A stretch of 64,000 nucleotides of DNA, from NCBI RefSeq assembly GCF_009914755.1, contig NC_060944.1; one strand, written 5' to 3'. The notes below the pieces were generated by a model, which made no database searches, had not been told where the DNA came from, and saw only the letters and a program-made list of their open reading frames with translations. Of the stretch, positions 40,126 through 55,989 are shown one piece after another. Each line of letters begins with the position of its first letter. The first letter of the stretch is position 1. This DNA is from the human T2T-CHM13v2.0 reference genome, Homo sapiens. A program made the position numbers and the translations under genes.

Positions 40126-40345
40126 GCCATCTGGCTGTGACATCTGTCACCCCATTGATCACCAGGGTTGATTTGGCTGATCTGGCTGACTAGGTGGGTG
40201 TCCCCTTCCTCCCTCACCGCTCCACATGCATCTGTCCCGAAGCTGCATGCTCGATTGAAGACGACCATCCCTGAGAGAGGAGGACTGGTCTTTGGTCAAG
40301 GATATACGAGTGCTCCCCTGCTAGAACCTGCAAACAGGCTCTCAA
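40126..40345 (+). pseudogene. 7SK RNA retropseudogene (3'-truncated, tailless)
   Basis: Matches 7SK 5' two-thirds: ATCTGGCTGTGACATCTGTCACCCCATTGATCACCAGGGTTGAT...GTGTCCCCTTCCTCCCTCACCGCTCCA...CCCCTGCTAGAACCTGCAAACAGGCTCTCAA; flanked by the 16-bp direct repeat tcaaaagcaggatagg (40110-40125, 40342-40357). Confidence 0.93.
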
Positions 40346-40445
40346 AAGCAGGATAGGACTGTAGCGGAGTGGGTGTTTTTCTCTGCCCAGAGACTCTGAA
40401 CACACCAACACAAAGTCTTCACGTGAGTACTTCAAAATAAGTTCA

Positions 40446-40725
40446 GGCAGGGTGCAGTGGCTCACACCTGTAATCCCAGCACTTTGGGAGGCTGGATCAC
40501 CTGAGGTCAGGAGTTCGAGACCAGCCTGGCCAACATGGTGAAACCCTGTCTCTACTAAAAATACAAAAATTAGCCAGGTGTGGTGGTGCACACCTGTAAT
40601 CCCAGCTACTTGGCAGGCTGAGGCAGGAGAATTGCTTGAACCCAGGAGGCGGAGCTGAGATCACGCCACTGCACTGCAGCCTAAGCAACAGAGTGAGACT
40701 CTGTTGCGAAAACAAAAAAACAACA
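40446..40725 (+). mobile_element. Alu
   Basis: Alu consensus; TSD aaaataagttcagg/aaagtaagttcagg. Confidence 0.88.
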
Positions 40726-42917
40726 AAGTAAGTTCAGGTCCCCCTCTGCAATCATAAGCTTGACCGTGGAGGCCAAGAAGCCCTACCAATAGGTAAGGGC
40801 CCTCCACACTATAGTTGGAGTTGGCAAACTGAAAAGGCTCCTTCCCCAGCAGCTCAGAATCCATGACAGAAGACTGCTGCCAGTGGCCTCCCACTTTCCC
40901 TAAAAGTCAGGGAGGGGCTGGGGATAGTTGAGGGAGGGTTTCTACCTGAGGAGTCATACAAGCATCCATGATTAAAACATCTTTGTTTTCCCCTTACTAT
41001 TAATTATTTTTCTCTGCCTGGATTACCCCACCTGTAAAGTAGGGATGATAATGTTAACTTTACAGTGTTATTTGTGAGGATTACATGAGGACAGTCATAG
41101 AAAGTATCCCCTGCCCGGCACAGAGTAAGTACCCAGTGTCAACTGTCCCTGTAGGTGCTCACAAACAGGGAAGTGCACCTTTGGGTCCTTCTGCAGTATC
41201 ATTAACTCCTTCTTGGTTAATTGGACCAAGGAGGAGTGGATCCAGGAGGAATGCCTCTGGTCTACCTGCTCCAGGATATAACTAGCAGGACAGGGACAGC
41301 CCCCAAAAGGAGAGATGAAGACTCTTCCCCTTTGAATTTCTCAAGCTGCAGTGTAGAATCACTACCACACTAGGGAAACCAGGAGAGCAGTACCCAGATC
41401 AAAATTTGGAGCTCCATTCCTGGTCACTTTAGTTTAAGGTCCAAACTCAGTACAGATTTCCAGAAACCGAATGGCTAGGTTCATACAATCACAGAAGCTT
41501 AAAACTGGACACAAGCTTATCTAATTTAATCCCATACTGTAAAAGAAACACTGAGGCCAGAGGGAAATAATCTGTCCTAAGTCACATAACTGATGGAACC
41601 ACGAACCGATTCTGAGAATGTTATTTCTATATCCAACCATTTTAGCAACAGTTCACATTTTGTAATTCACCCCAATCTGAAATCTACCCTGCCACTACAA
41701 CAGCAGTGAGACTCACATGGTCTCCCCTCATGATCTATGCTAATGTTAGCCTTGCACAAACATGGAATATAATTCTCCCTATTTGTCTGACTGCTGGGGA
41801 AGGAAGGTAGGAAATCCTGGACTCCACATTTACAGGAGTTGATCAAAGGAATAAATTTTAAGTAGCAAGCATGCATAGTGCAAATAAGGTAGAACTCACC
41901 TCTAAAAAATGTGATCTGTATCAAAATTTTCAAAGGACATCTATAGGGTAGTCAATTCTGCCCCCATCCCTCCCGGCTGAAATCTACATTCTTTTAATGT
42001 CTATCACCTGTGGGGTGTCTGAGACAACAGTACTATACCGCCTTCCTGATGATCTCCAGGACTGAGGCATCACCAAATACCTGTGCATCTACAGTGTGCA
42101 CAAAAGGAGTGTATATCTCCTACAGCACAAAATGAGATGAGTAAATGAACAAAAGCAGACCAGAGCTCTTGGAAAAGAAACCTACCTATTGTTCATAATG
42201 CAAGCCCCTTACCCTTCACTGGAATAAATTCATTTGGGACACTGGGGAGAGTTTAAGATGGGTCTTCAGAATTTACATGTTAGGGAAGCCGAGAAAGCAA
42301 AGGAATATTTCAACAACAGGAAACTACACTATGACAAAGACTAGTTTACACTTGTTCCTGTCTAACCATAACTTAGCAAATGGCCAGGAAAGCCACTACC
42401 TGGTTCCCGTGGTATAGGAATGTACCTAGTATAAGCACAACCAAGCACTTAGTTGTGACTTAAAACCCTCAACTGTTGAAGAACAGGAACCTTATTTTGC
42501 TTTTCCACCAAAGTATAAGTGCTGGGTGCACACCACTGCAAAAATCTGTTAGTATGAGATACAGCTATGGCTAAGCTGTACATTCATGTGAAGTTGTCTT
42601 AAAAGCTTGAAGGTGACAGGTGCTTCCAATTCCAATCTGTCAATTCAATGGTCATAGAAGTAAAGCAGCTCATCTACATCAGTAATTAGTAGTTGCATTA
42701 ATGTCCATCACTTCAGTCAGAGTTACAGCACAGGGACCCTACTGGTCCCACAGGCCAAACCACAGAAGGGAGTTATGTATAAAGGCTGGGCCACTCTCCA
42801 GCCCCCACTGCAATCTAATGTGTGGAGTATAGTGGAGTGTGGCATTAACAAACTTCCAAGTGGGATCACAGAAAAATCAAGGCAATCAGAGGCACTGGTA
42901 CCAGTTGGTGTGATTTA

Positions 42918-43498
<581 letters not shown>

Positions 43499-43967
43499 TG
43501 ACAAGTCTTATCCACCAATCAAAAGCTATGAATGAACTACTCCCACCCATTAGGAGGCTGAGGCTAGAGACAGCAGTGAAGGGGCTTCAGTCTAAGAGTT
43601 TTAAGTCCTGGTTACGAGCAGGTTTACTATATAAGCAAGCAAAGGGAGGAAATGAACAGCAGCAGAATGGAGGTAATGAACCATCAAGTAGCCCATTTGA
43701 ATACAGTACAGCTCATTCCTAAAATGAGTTAAATACACTCAACACCTTTGACTGTTCATACTGAATTATGTTCTCTTGCTGGGCATTGCCCCACAACGAA
43801 ATAGTCATCTCCTATCATGAAATGGCAAGCCATTAATTAAGCAAAATGACTTGAAACTAGTAAGTTACTAAGATCAATATCCAGATGTCTGGAACAACTG
43901 GGGAGCCAATTCCAATGCTCAGCTGTGCCATTTACCACTTCTCTATATGACGTTTGCTGAGTCTCTA

Positions 43968-44405
<438 letters not shown>

Positions 44406-44747
44406 ATCTTAAACATTTTCACTGGAAGGAGGTCCGTGGGGCTATTGACAGAATTCAAGGGATTTGGTTGTGATTTTTCCCAGCACTCTTTCCTGCCCTT
44501 AGACTTTCAGAGTGCTGTCCTTCTGTCCCTGGGTCTGAAATGTTTATGTCAGGTGGCTTTTTCCTCCTTCTGGACTCCAGTGATAGAGCAGTATGTAGAG
44601 TAGCAAGCCACCGTGGCTACTCACTGCTAGTTAACGTTGATCCAGAAAAGGAGTCATACTCTAGGATGCTTTTGAGACTCTAACACAAAGCAGCCAAAGC
44701 ACCAAGAATAAACCCAAGAACAGCATGGTAAAGAATTACCATTTACC

Positions 44748-45086
<339 letters not shown>

Positions 45087-45930
45087 TTATGTTGTTGAAT
45101 AGACAGGGGTTTTCCCAGAAAAGTCACTGTAACATCAGAGAATTGTGCTACTACCAGAGTACACTCTTTCCAGAACATTTCACAAGTCAAAATGATCAGA
45201 TTCTATACTAAAAAGATAAGACTGAAATAAAGCCATTTTTAATAAAAAAGGAAAGCCATAAGTTTGATTCTACCATACCCTGTAAAAGCTCTACTTTTGG
45301 GAGATTAGTGATGATGCACATAGTTGATAAACTATTTCTTGCTGTAAAACACTGGAAAGCAGGTAACAATGAATTACATAACTGATCTCTCCTGAACAAG
45401 AAAAGGAGACATATTATCACACAGTCCACCCCTTTCAGATGGTAAAAGCCATTTTGGATATCTGTAGGCAGCTGATTTCACTCAGTGATTTGTCCATTGC
45501 TTAGTCAAATCCCGATTATTTAATAATGGCTCAGCTACTACCTGGAATTATATGTCTAGCCCCCTCTAAAACACACTGGGTATCCAAATTCTAATACAAG
45601 CTAAACTCTTTCAAGATAAAAAGTTTTCAACATTTAAGGGCTTTGTTTGCCAACACATCATACACATAAAATTCTGAAAAGGTGGATACTATGGACTTGA
45701 ATCAAGTTTCCTCCCTGCTGTTCCAAGTATCCTCTTCTCTTGACACTTCAGCATTAGCAGGCAAGGATAAGCAACAATTTTTACCTCTCCAAGATTACCA
45801 AATCTACCTCTCCAAAGGCACAAAATATTTTCAGGTTTAAAAACAAAACAAAACAAAAACCCTGACAAGATAATATTATAGCTCAGTAAAGTACTTTTGT
45901 GCAGTTAAAGCATTAAAAGCATCAGCCTGT

Positions 45931-45952
45931 TTTATTTTTTGACAAGTTTATT
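45931..45952 (-). terminator. RBM12: Distal RBM12 poly(A) signals (two AATAAA)
   Basis: tttatt at 45931-45936 and 45947-45952 at the end of a repeat-free AU-rich stretch of about 3.6 kb; U/GU-rich sequence follows on the minus strand. Confidence 0.65.
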
Positions 45953-48900
45953 GAACAGTATTCAAGACTTCATCTTTATAAACAAAAACCTCTGCTGAGT
46001 GATGCCAAGGCAGTATTTGCTGGCAATGTTGTGGCCATATTGGCAACAAGCCATTTTGTTGTGTTTGGTTTCTAAAGTCTGGACTACTATAGAACTGCCA
46101 GTAAAACAATTTAAATGTGGCAATTTTGCAAGGGTGGAAAATAATTTTTAAAGTGACCACTTCCAGAAATTCTTTCCAAAAGATTTGACTAGCAGCAATT
46201 TTACATTTTCTTTACTCATTTCCCGAGTGTTCTTAAAATTGATGAGATTTTACACTTGGCCCATACCTGTACACAACCACAGACTCCAGTAAAAGGGAGC
46301 TGGAATTTAAGGCTTTCACGCATCCTTGTTTTTATGCAAGGCTGACTATTTCCACCTAAAAATGTAATGTTTGCTTACTTCCATACAGTCCTAGATTTTC
46401 ATCCAGTGGGTTAAGACTGGCCTTAACTACACTGAATATTACTACCTGAAATTTTAAATAAAGTTTCCTAATCGAATTTTCATTGTTGATGCTTTGACAA
46501 CTTGGAGTACAAAGCTAGGAACTACATTTCACTTAACACTGTTTCATTTTTTAAAAAGCCACTAATAATAATTGTACATCCAAACTACTGTGTAAACACA
46601 GAACACACCTCCAAATTATGCTTGTGAACTAAATGTTTCACTAAAGTTCAGAAAAGTTTACAAATTTGCTTATTTATGACATACATTTGTAGATTTCTCT
46701 AATCCTTTAAATCAAAAGAAAAATGAACACCAATAAAAAAAAAATCAGAAGGGAGAGGAAAAAAAATTAAATCTAATGGAAAATATTCTCTTCCATTAAT
46801 GTCAGAGTCACCAAAAACAGACAATAAAATTTACACATAAAATTGAAAATATCATGATAGTGTTTACAAATGCACACAACTTTGAGCAAAGCTTTACAAA
46901 TCCTTCATACCATACAAAGCAAATGAGAAAATAATGTCAATTCATTTCTACCCCAAACCTAGTTCTTAGGAGAAAATTCGCAGGAAGAGAGGTATGAGTA
47001 GTTTCACAGAATACATTTTCAAGAATTTTTTAAAAACTGAAACTCCAATGCCCAGAACAAGATAAACAGTATCCTTAGCAGTTAGCACTGTTAATAAATC
47101 TCAGATACACAAAAATCAAGTTCCAGAGGGCAAAGCATTTAATTACAGTCCACAACGAGCACTGTTGTGATTCATATAAAACATAGTTCTCTCCAATTTC
47201 TACACAAACCGCTCTTTTAATTTATTTAATTAGATGAACAATGAAATCGTTTTCCTTTTCAGCATTTATCTAAGATGTAGAAATAACAAAGTAGTTGCAA
47301 TAAAGTGTATGAAATATTTAATAAGAATGTACGAACATATAACCAAAATAAATTGTGAAAAAAGATAAAAGACTTTCATCTTCAAACAACCCATTTTTCT
47401 AAAATGAAAATAGCTTTCCAATGGAGAAAATATCTGTGGCTGAAATACAACTCTCAAGCAGTGCTGAAGTTTTTTGCATTGTCTTTGGAATGAGAAATGA
47501 TTACTTAACATTAACTTAAATTAAACAGCATATACAAACGTTATATTGCTTTTGAAATTGAGGAGGCAGTATCTAGTGATCGGTCAAAGCAAATCTGTAT
47601 TCATGAATTATCAAAAGACCCACAACATAGTCACCTCTTGAGTCTAAACAATCCTTCTCTTAAACAAAAATCCTGTACTGTCAATCCTCTAAGATTGTAG
47701 TGATAAAAAGCCTTTTCAAATCTTATCAAATGAAACTGTTGCCACTCTTAAATTACACAACCGCTGTATTTCAGTGTTCCACTGACTCACAACACCAAAA
47801 AGGCACTGTATATATATATAGTTTAATAGGAAATACTTATTTTAAAAGACTGACCCCTTTGTAACTACGCTGATTTGTAGGAAATGTTGGGGATGTTTCA
47901 AACGAAGACAAAGGGGCCATGTAAAAGATAAAATTTGGTTTTCATGATCTCTCATCTATCTCTCCTTCTGTATTGTTTATAATGTGACACATTTTCAGAG
48001 CATTGACTAGGGAAAGTAACCATAACTAGAGCCCTGTAAGGCCAAGTTTTTCATCACAAGGAAAGTAACCATAATTAGAGCCTTTTATGACAGTGAGAAA
48101 ATTTGTTTTTCATATCATCTCACCTATCTCCCCTTCCGTATTGTTTATAATATAATGTGACACATCTTCAGAGCACTGACTAGGGAAATCATAATTAGAG
48201 CCTTGTAAGGCAAGTGTTTTCATGACAAGGACACTTACCAACCAGAACTCATGTGGTCCTCCTGCCTTAGTGTCCTGAATACCAAAGAAAAGAGTATGAA
48301 AGGGTCAAGAATCTCAATTTTCTCCTCTGGCGGCTGCACTTGTACTCTGTATGAAGACTTTTAGTAAACAGGCTCCTGATCGAACAACTATGCCAAAAAG
48401 CCTCCAAATAACAGGACTAACACGTATCAATCTACGAACCAGCATACGGATCTTTTATTCTATACTACTACTGCTAACAAAGATAATTTCAACTTCAGTT
48501 TTAAAAACCTAGATATAACACTTTCTTATGAATGGGCCCCTCTTTGTTTAAAGGCCAAAATTTCACATAATCGGGACAGGAGGAAATTGATACTACAATT
48601 AGTCCATATGAAAAGGACTTCAAATCAAGTATCTTAAACACATTATTAAAAGTGGTTTCTGGTTTTCGATACCATCCAAACAACATGAACAATTTTTAAA
48701 CTGACTAACCTAAATCGTGGCGGTCAAACCAAAAAGGCTCTGGTAGATAAAGGACTCCATAGTTTATTTTTATGGCAAAAGTCTTATTCCACACAGTTTT
48801 AAGTGTGACATTAGAAATCAAAGTTTGAGGTTATAGCACAAACGAAGTGTGGACTTTTATATTTAGGGAAAAAAACCAACAAAACAGTTCTGCTCATTTA

Positions 48901-49498
48901 CAAATGAGTCAATTAGACAAACAAAGCAGCAACTTCTGAAGCAGGACTGTCTATACAGCAAGGACCCTTAAGAAGCAATAAAGGTACATACAATGAATCT
49001 GTATACAGAAATTTTATTCAATTTTAAAAGAAAATGAGGACTTTAGACAAAGCTTTACCCTATAACAAAGCAAATCTGTCCAGCTTTAAACCAAATTCTG
49101 AGAGTAGCCAACTTCTATTTTCAGCAGCTGGCAAGAGCACCCTCAATGAGTTCTACTGACATTTCTATTTTCTTCATCCCATATGGTATAAAACAAAACC
49201 AATCTAGACTCCTTGATAAGCTTTATGTGGTCATTTGAGTTTTACAAATGGTTTCTCTAATGGTATGCCAAAATCATTTATGTGTTCTCTCCAGATAGCT
49301 TTACTGTAACATACAGCAATGTTTATCCTGGTGAGTGAGTCTTCTGTAAACAGTCAACCAATGCTCTATGTTATGGAAACCAAGCTATATGCAATTGAAA
49401 CAATCCACAGGTTCTAACCTGGAAATACTAGGAAAACAATCTGGATGCATTAATCACAGCAATATGAAGATCTACCCTATAAAAAATGATGTGAATGG

Positions 49499-52297
49499 CT
49501 ACCCTAATACAAGTTTTACTTTTCTTGAACCTATAGGCCTGTCATTTAAGTCAATGACAGCAGCTGTGGCTTCATCCCGAGACTCAAAGGCCACCATGGC
49601 TTCACCTGTGGGCATACCTTTTTCATTGTATTTTAAACACACTGAGCCTGGGATTACTTGATAGCCATAAAAGAAATCTAAAATCTCATCAATAGACACA
49701 GTAAAGGGCATGTTTTGCACTTTAATTACTGTCGGTCCTGGTTTTCCAGAACTAGATGCAAAGCCAGGGGGACCACCAATATGGATTGGGCCAGGGCCGG
49801 GGCCGGGGCCGGGGCCAGGCCCAAAAGCTGGTGGCCCACCCAAATGCCCAGGGGCACTTCCAAGACCAGGAGGGCCACTTCCAAACCCCGGGGGACCGCC
49901 TAAGCTACCAGGGCCATTTCCAAAATTCTGAGGGCCCCCTCCAAATCCCGATGGCCCACTTAAATTGTTTGGTCCACCTCCAAAACCCGGAACATCCAGT
50001 CCTAGACCAGGCAAACCACTGTTTCCAACTGAAGGCATACCAGGCCTAGCATCACCAAAGGCCCCGCCTCCTAATCCTGGAGGAGGGATTGGTGGCCCAA
50101 AGGCATTTGATCCACCAAAATTACCAGGAAAGTTAAATGGAGGCCCATTATTGGCTTCCTTTGATCCTACAGTCAGGAAGGCATGCTCTTCACCTCCTGC
50201 ACTAGGTATTCCTGCACTGGGCATTCCCGCACCAGGCAGTCCTGCACTGGTTATTGCTGAACCAGGCAGTCCTGTGCTGGGCAGGCCTGCACCGGGAAGT
50301 CCTGCACTGGGCAGTCCCACACCGGGCAGTCCCGCATTGGGCATTCCTGGAACTGCAGGATTACCTGGCACAGGCATCTTTAATCCCTTTTTTCCTTGGG
50401 CAGGGGGATTTTTCTCAATCTCTCTCATATCTTCTAGGGTAACTACATGAACAAAAGCTTCTCTCCCATTAAGTTTTTTACGGTGTAAGCGTTCAGACTT
50501 ACGTGCATCATCTTCATTTTTAAACTGAACCAATGCCTGTCCTAGACCTTGCCCATTGTTATCAACAAGAACATGTACAGCATTTTCATCCACTGGGATT
50601 CCTTCTAGGAACTGAAGAACATCCATCTTTGTAATGCTGAATGGAATATTTGTTATGTGGGCACAGACTTTGGCAGAGTTGACATCCCCCTCTGGATTTA
50701 GTATCATTTCCCTCTGGTCATAGCTGAAGTTCTGCAGTCTTTTTCGAATCATATCTATCTTTTCTAGCATACCTTTCTTAGTAATTGGATGAACTTGAAT
50801 AAAGCGATTGCCCATGTACTGTTTATGACGACACAGAGCAGCCTTATAGTCAGCCTCATTTCTGAACTCTACAAAGCCTTCGCCAGTTGCTTTCCCATTG
50901 GGTCCATAAGCTATATAAATACTATCTTCCACAATATCCAGCTTTTTAAAAAAATCAATGACATGTTTGTTTTCTGCTTCAAATGGTAGCCCTTTCAAGT
51001 AAACACAAAAACCAGCCTCATGTGGTGATCTTGACCTTGATCTTTTCTGCCCACTGGGCGATTTTGACCTGGGAAGTGTCTGAGGAGGGGGATGAGTTTG
51101 TCCAGAAGGTCCCATATTTTGCTTAAAAGTGATATGGCCTCCAGCAGCTACCCACTGTCTTTCTGTGGCAGGGCTAACTTCCACATAGCGTTGAATCATC
51201 AGCATTCTGTTTCGTTTCAAAGCTTCAAATGTATCTTGAGGGGAGAGAAACTTAACCAATCCATTCCCATTATTTCGACCTACATGATCTTTCAACAAAT
51301 GCACTGCATCAACACGGAGCCCATGAAAAAAATCTCTGACATCATTTTCCATTGCAGAAAAGGGCATTCCATGCACACTGACATACAGATCATCAGGGTT
51401 GATGGGGAGTGGCTTCACACTGCTCTGAGAGTTCATCTGGATAGGGTTAACAGGATTCAACGGACCAAGAAACATAGGATTCAGATTATTGTTCAAATTC
51501 ATAGGTGCTCCAGAGCCATTCATTCCAGCAGGTAGAGGTGCCACAGGTGGCGGATTCAAGGGCGGCATGCCCGACATGGGTGGCAGTGGGGTCATGGGTG
51601 GCACAGAAGGAACTGGGGGAATCGGGGGCACAGGAGGCACAGGAGGCAATGTAGGTACTGGAGGAGGAACTGGAATTGGGGGAATGGATGGCATTGGTGG
51701 CAGAGATGGCATCGCTGGAATTGGAGGAATTGGTGGCGGCGGGACTGTGTTCATTGGAGAGGCTGTGCTTGGAACAGTTGAGCTAAACGTTGGGCTCCCA
51801 AAGGAAGCCCCCATATTTGGAGGAGCTGTTCCTACGCTGGCTGTGGAAAATGTCTGTATGTTTTTGTTGCTTTCATGAACAGAAGTGGTGGCAGTAACTA
51901 CACTGGGTGATGGATTATTAAAGTTGGATACTGTTGTGGGCAAGTTTACCCTGCTACTCATTCCTGAGCTAGGTGGTGGTCCTGATCTACTGGCATTTGC
52001 TGGTGGTATATCTAAGTTGGCAGTTTCAAAACGCCTACGACTCAGTTCAATCATATTCTGCATTTCCGTCTTACTACTCAACAATAGTGTTACTTTTGAC
52101 CCTTTAATTGTACCACCTGTGCGCATCATACCAAGCCTTGCATCTTCATCAGTGGCAAAAACGATGAAAGCCTCACCCAGTTCACCCCCTACAATATGCA
52201 CGCCCCCATCAGGAATGGTCAATCCAGAGAAGAAGTGGCGAATGTCCATGGTCCCCGCCACAATTGGGAGACCTTGCAAACGGATGACCACAGCCAT
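49499..52297 (-). CDS. RBM12: RNA-binding protein 12, 932 aa, single coding exon, 5 RRMs plus Pro-rich and Gly/Pro-rich regions
   Basis: ATG at 52297 (MAVVIRLQGLPIVAGTMDIRHFFSGL...) to TAG at 49499, 2799 nt uninterrupted. Acceptor ccttttctcatctgcag puts the exon start at 52319, so the 23 extra N-terminal residues of the track ORF are intronic/UTR. Confidence 0.97.
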   Translation of the reverse strand: MAVVIRLQGLPIVAGTMDIRHFFSGLTIPDGGVHIVGGELGEAFIVFATDEDARLGMMRTGGTIKGSKVTLLLSSKTEMQNMIELSRRRFETANLDIPPANASRSGPPPSSGMSSRVNLPTTVSNFNNPSPSVVTATTSVHESNKNIQTFSTASVGTAPPNMGASFGSPTFSSTVPSTASPMNTVPPPPIPPIPAMPSLPPMPSIPPIPVPPPVPTLPPVPPVPPIPPVPSVPPMTPLPPMSGMPPLNPPPVAPLPAGMNGSGAPMNLNNNLNPMFLGPLNPVNPIQMNSQSSVKPLPINPDDLYVSVHGMPFSAMENDVRDFFHGLRVDAVHLLKDHVGRNNGNGLVKFLSPQDTFEALKRNRMLMIQRYVEVSPATERQWVAAGGHITFKQNMGPSGQTHPPPQTLPRSKSPSGQKRSRSRSPHEAGFCVYLKGLPFEAENKHVIDFFKKLDIVEDSIYIAYGPNGKATGEGFVEFRNEADYKAALCRHKQYMGNRFIQVHPITKKGMLEKIDMIRKRLQNFSYDQREMILNPEGDVNSAKVCAHITNIPFSITKMDVLQFLEGIPVDENAVHVLVDNNGQGLGQALVQFKNEDDARKSERLHRKKLNGREAFVHVVTLEDMREIEKNPPAQGKKGLKMPVPGNPAVPGMPNAGLPGVGLPSAGLPGAGLPSTGLPGSAITSAGLPGAGMPSAGIPSAGGEEHAFLTVGSKEANNGPPFNFPGNFGGSNAFGPPIPPPGLGGGAFGDARPGMPSVGNSGLPGLGLDVPGFGGGPNNLSGPSGFGGGPQNFGNGPGSLGGPPGFGSGPPGLGSAPGHLGGPPAFGPGPGPGPGPGPIHIGGPPGFASSSGKPGPTVIKVQNMPFTVSIDEILDFFYGYQVIPGSVCLKYNEKGMPTGEAMVAFESRDEATAAVIDLNDRPIGSRKVKLVLG

Positions 52298-53506
52298 GCT
52301 GCGCTGAAACCACACACACCTGCAGATGAGAAAAGGCAACGGCCAGGTCAGACTCCTGTTTATCACACCAAGTTTTTAGCTACAAGAATGACCAGCTACC
52401 ATATTAGGCCCTCAAATATTCCCTCAAGCTATCACAGGCAATGTCTTTAATTTAGATATTCTAAAAACTGAACATTACGTGCCATTTACAATGTAAAACG
52501 TAGACAATTTCAACTTCCAGAAGGCATTAATTTTGGAAACAGTTCAGTCCCAAGACTCAAAAAGTTCAAGAAAAAACAACTGTAGGACAGTAAAATACAT
52601 ATACATCATTCAGACCACTAATCATTCAGTAAGATTTAAAAGAAATGTCTAAGTCAAATCAGGAAACAAAGTTTAACAATCTATAGGGAAAAAACATGCA
52701 AAGAATATATAGAAGTTAGTATTTAAAACTGGCTTAGCATCTTCCCTATATACTTGATAATTTCATAGAATTATCAAGAGTGTGATTTTATAGAGCTCAG
52801 TCTCAAAATCCATCCAACAGAAGCAAAAAACTAGAATACTAATGAATTGTAAATAATACTTAAGACTAAAAGTAGATTCAAGTCTTAAATGAGAACTGGT
52901 TCCATTATTTTATTCATCCTAAAACTTTTCAATCTGCCTTGTACATTACAAAAAACTACATATGGAATTATTTATTATAAACAAGGTTAAGACATACTAA
53001 GAAGCCAAAAGAACTACTGAATAGGACAGCTAAAATCTGAGTTACCTTGATTCATTACCCCCAAAAGTAGAACCTGGTTATAGTCCCATTCACTGTGACT
53101 ATTTTAATTAAAACTCAGGTCCAATGACTCATAACCAAATCCTCTATTTAATAAAATTTTTTAAAGTATTATTTTCCCCTAGGAGAGGGCTGACAATAAA
53201 AATATTTTTTGTTTTTGTTTTAGAACCAGAGTGTGAATTACTCAGTGGTTGTTACAGTCTTGGACCTACACAACTCCTACAGGATCTCTGTGATCTCCTT
53301 AGATCATGCCTGTTTTGACATAATCAAAAAAGAAATGTTCCCCTCAAATTTCAGTATTTCAGTTCCAAAGGCTTCTAAGAGCAAATTCAAGGGCAGCCCT
53401 TTGGAAAGTGACACAAACCGAATTATTGGGCCTGGGAAACATACTACTTTGAAATTAAGGTGGTCAATAACATAGGGTGTTTTCCAACCCATCTGAAAAG
53501 TCAACT

Positions 53507-55777
<2,271 letters not shown>

Positions 55778-55814
<37 letters not shown>
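55778..55814. repeat. (CA)n microsatellite, about 18 units
   Basis: Perfect CA run after an Alu tail. Confidence 0.95.
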
Positions 55815-55816
<2 letters not shown>

Positions 55817-55904
55817 ATAGTTGCTACATATATTTTCATATTTCTTAATAAGCTATCTCATTTTATTTTGTATAAAAACGAACTCTCTATTCAAAATCTC
55901 TTAC

Positions 55905-55989
55905 CTGATAAAACAAGAGATGAATTTCCTTAACAAGAAGTAGAGGCCAAGTCAATCCTGTGGGCAACCAATTAAAACCAACTTTTAGA
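55905..55989 (-). other. RBM12: Non-coding 85-nt 5'UTR exon shared by RBM12/CPNE1
   Basis: Acceptor tttattctctattgcag|TCTAAAAG, donor TATCAG|gtaaga; contains no ATG. Confidence 0.75.

Noticed and set aside
49710-52307. Long plus-strand ORFs antisense to RBM12 (e.g. 49965-50450, 51489-51878, 51885-52307)
   Set aside because: They are codon-mirror shadows of Pro/Gly-rich coding sequence, which lacks antisense stops; no independent evidence.
52298-52366. 23-aa N-terminal extension of RBM12 in the 955-aa track ORF
   Set aside because: It crosses the 3' splice site at 52320/52319; the first ATG inside the exon is at 52297.
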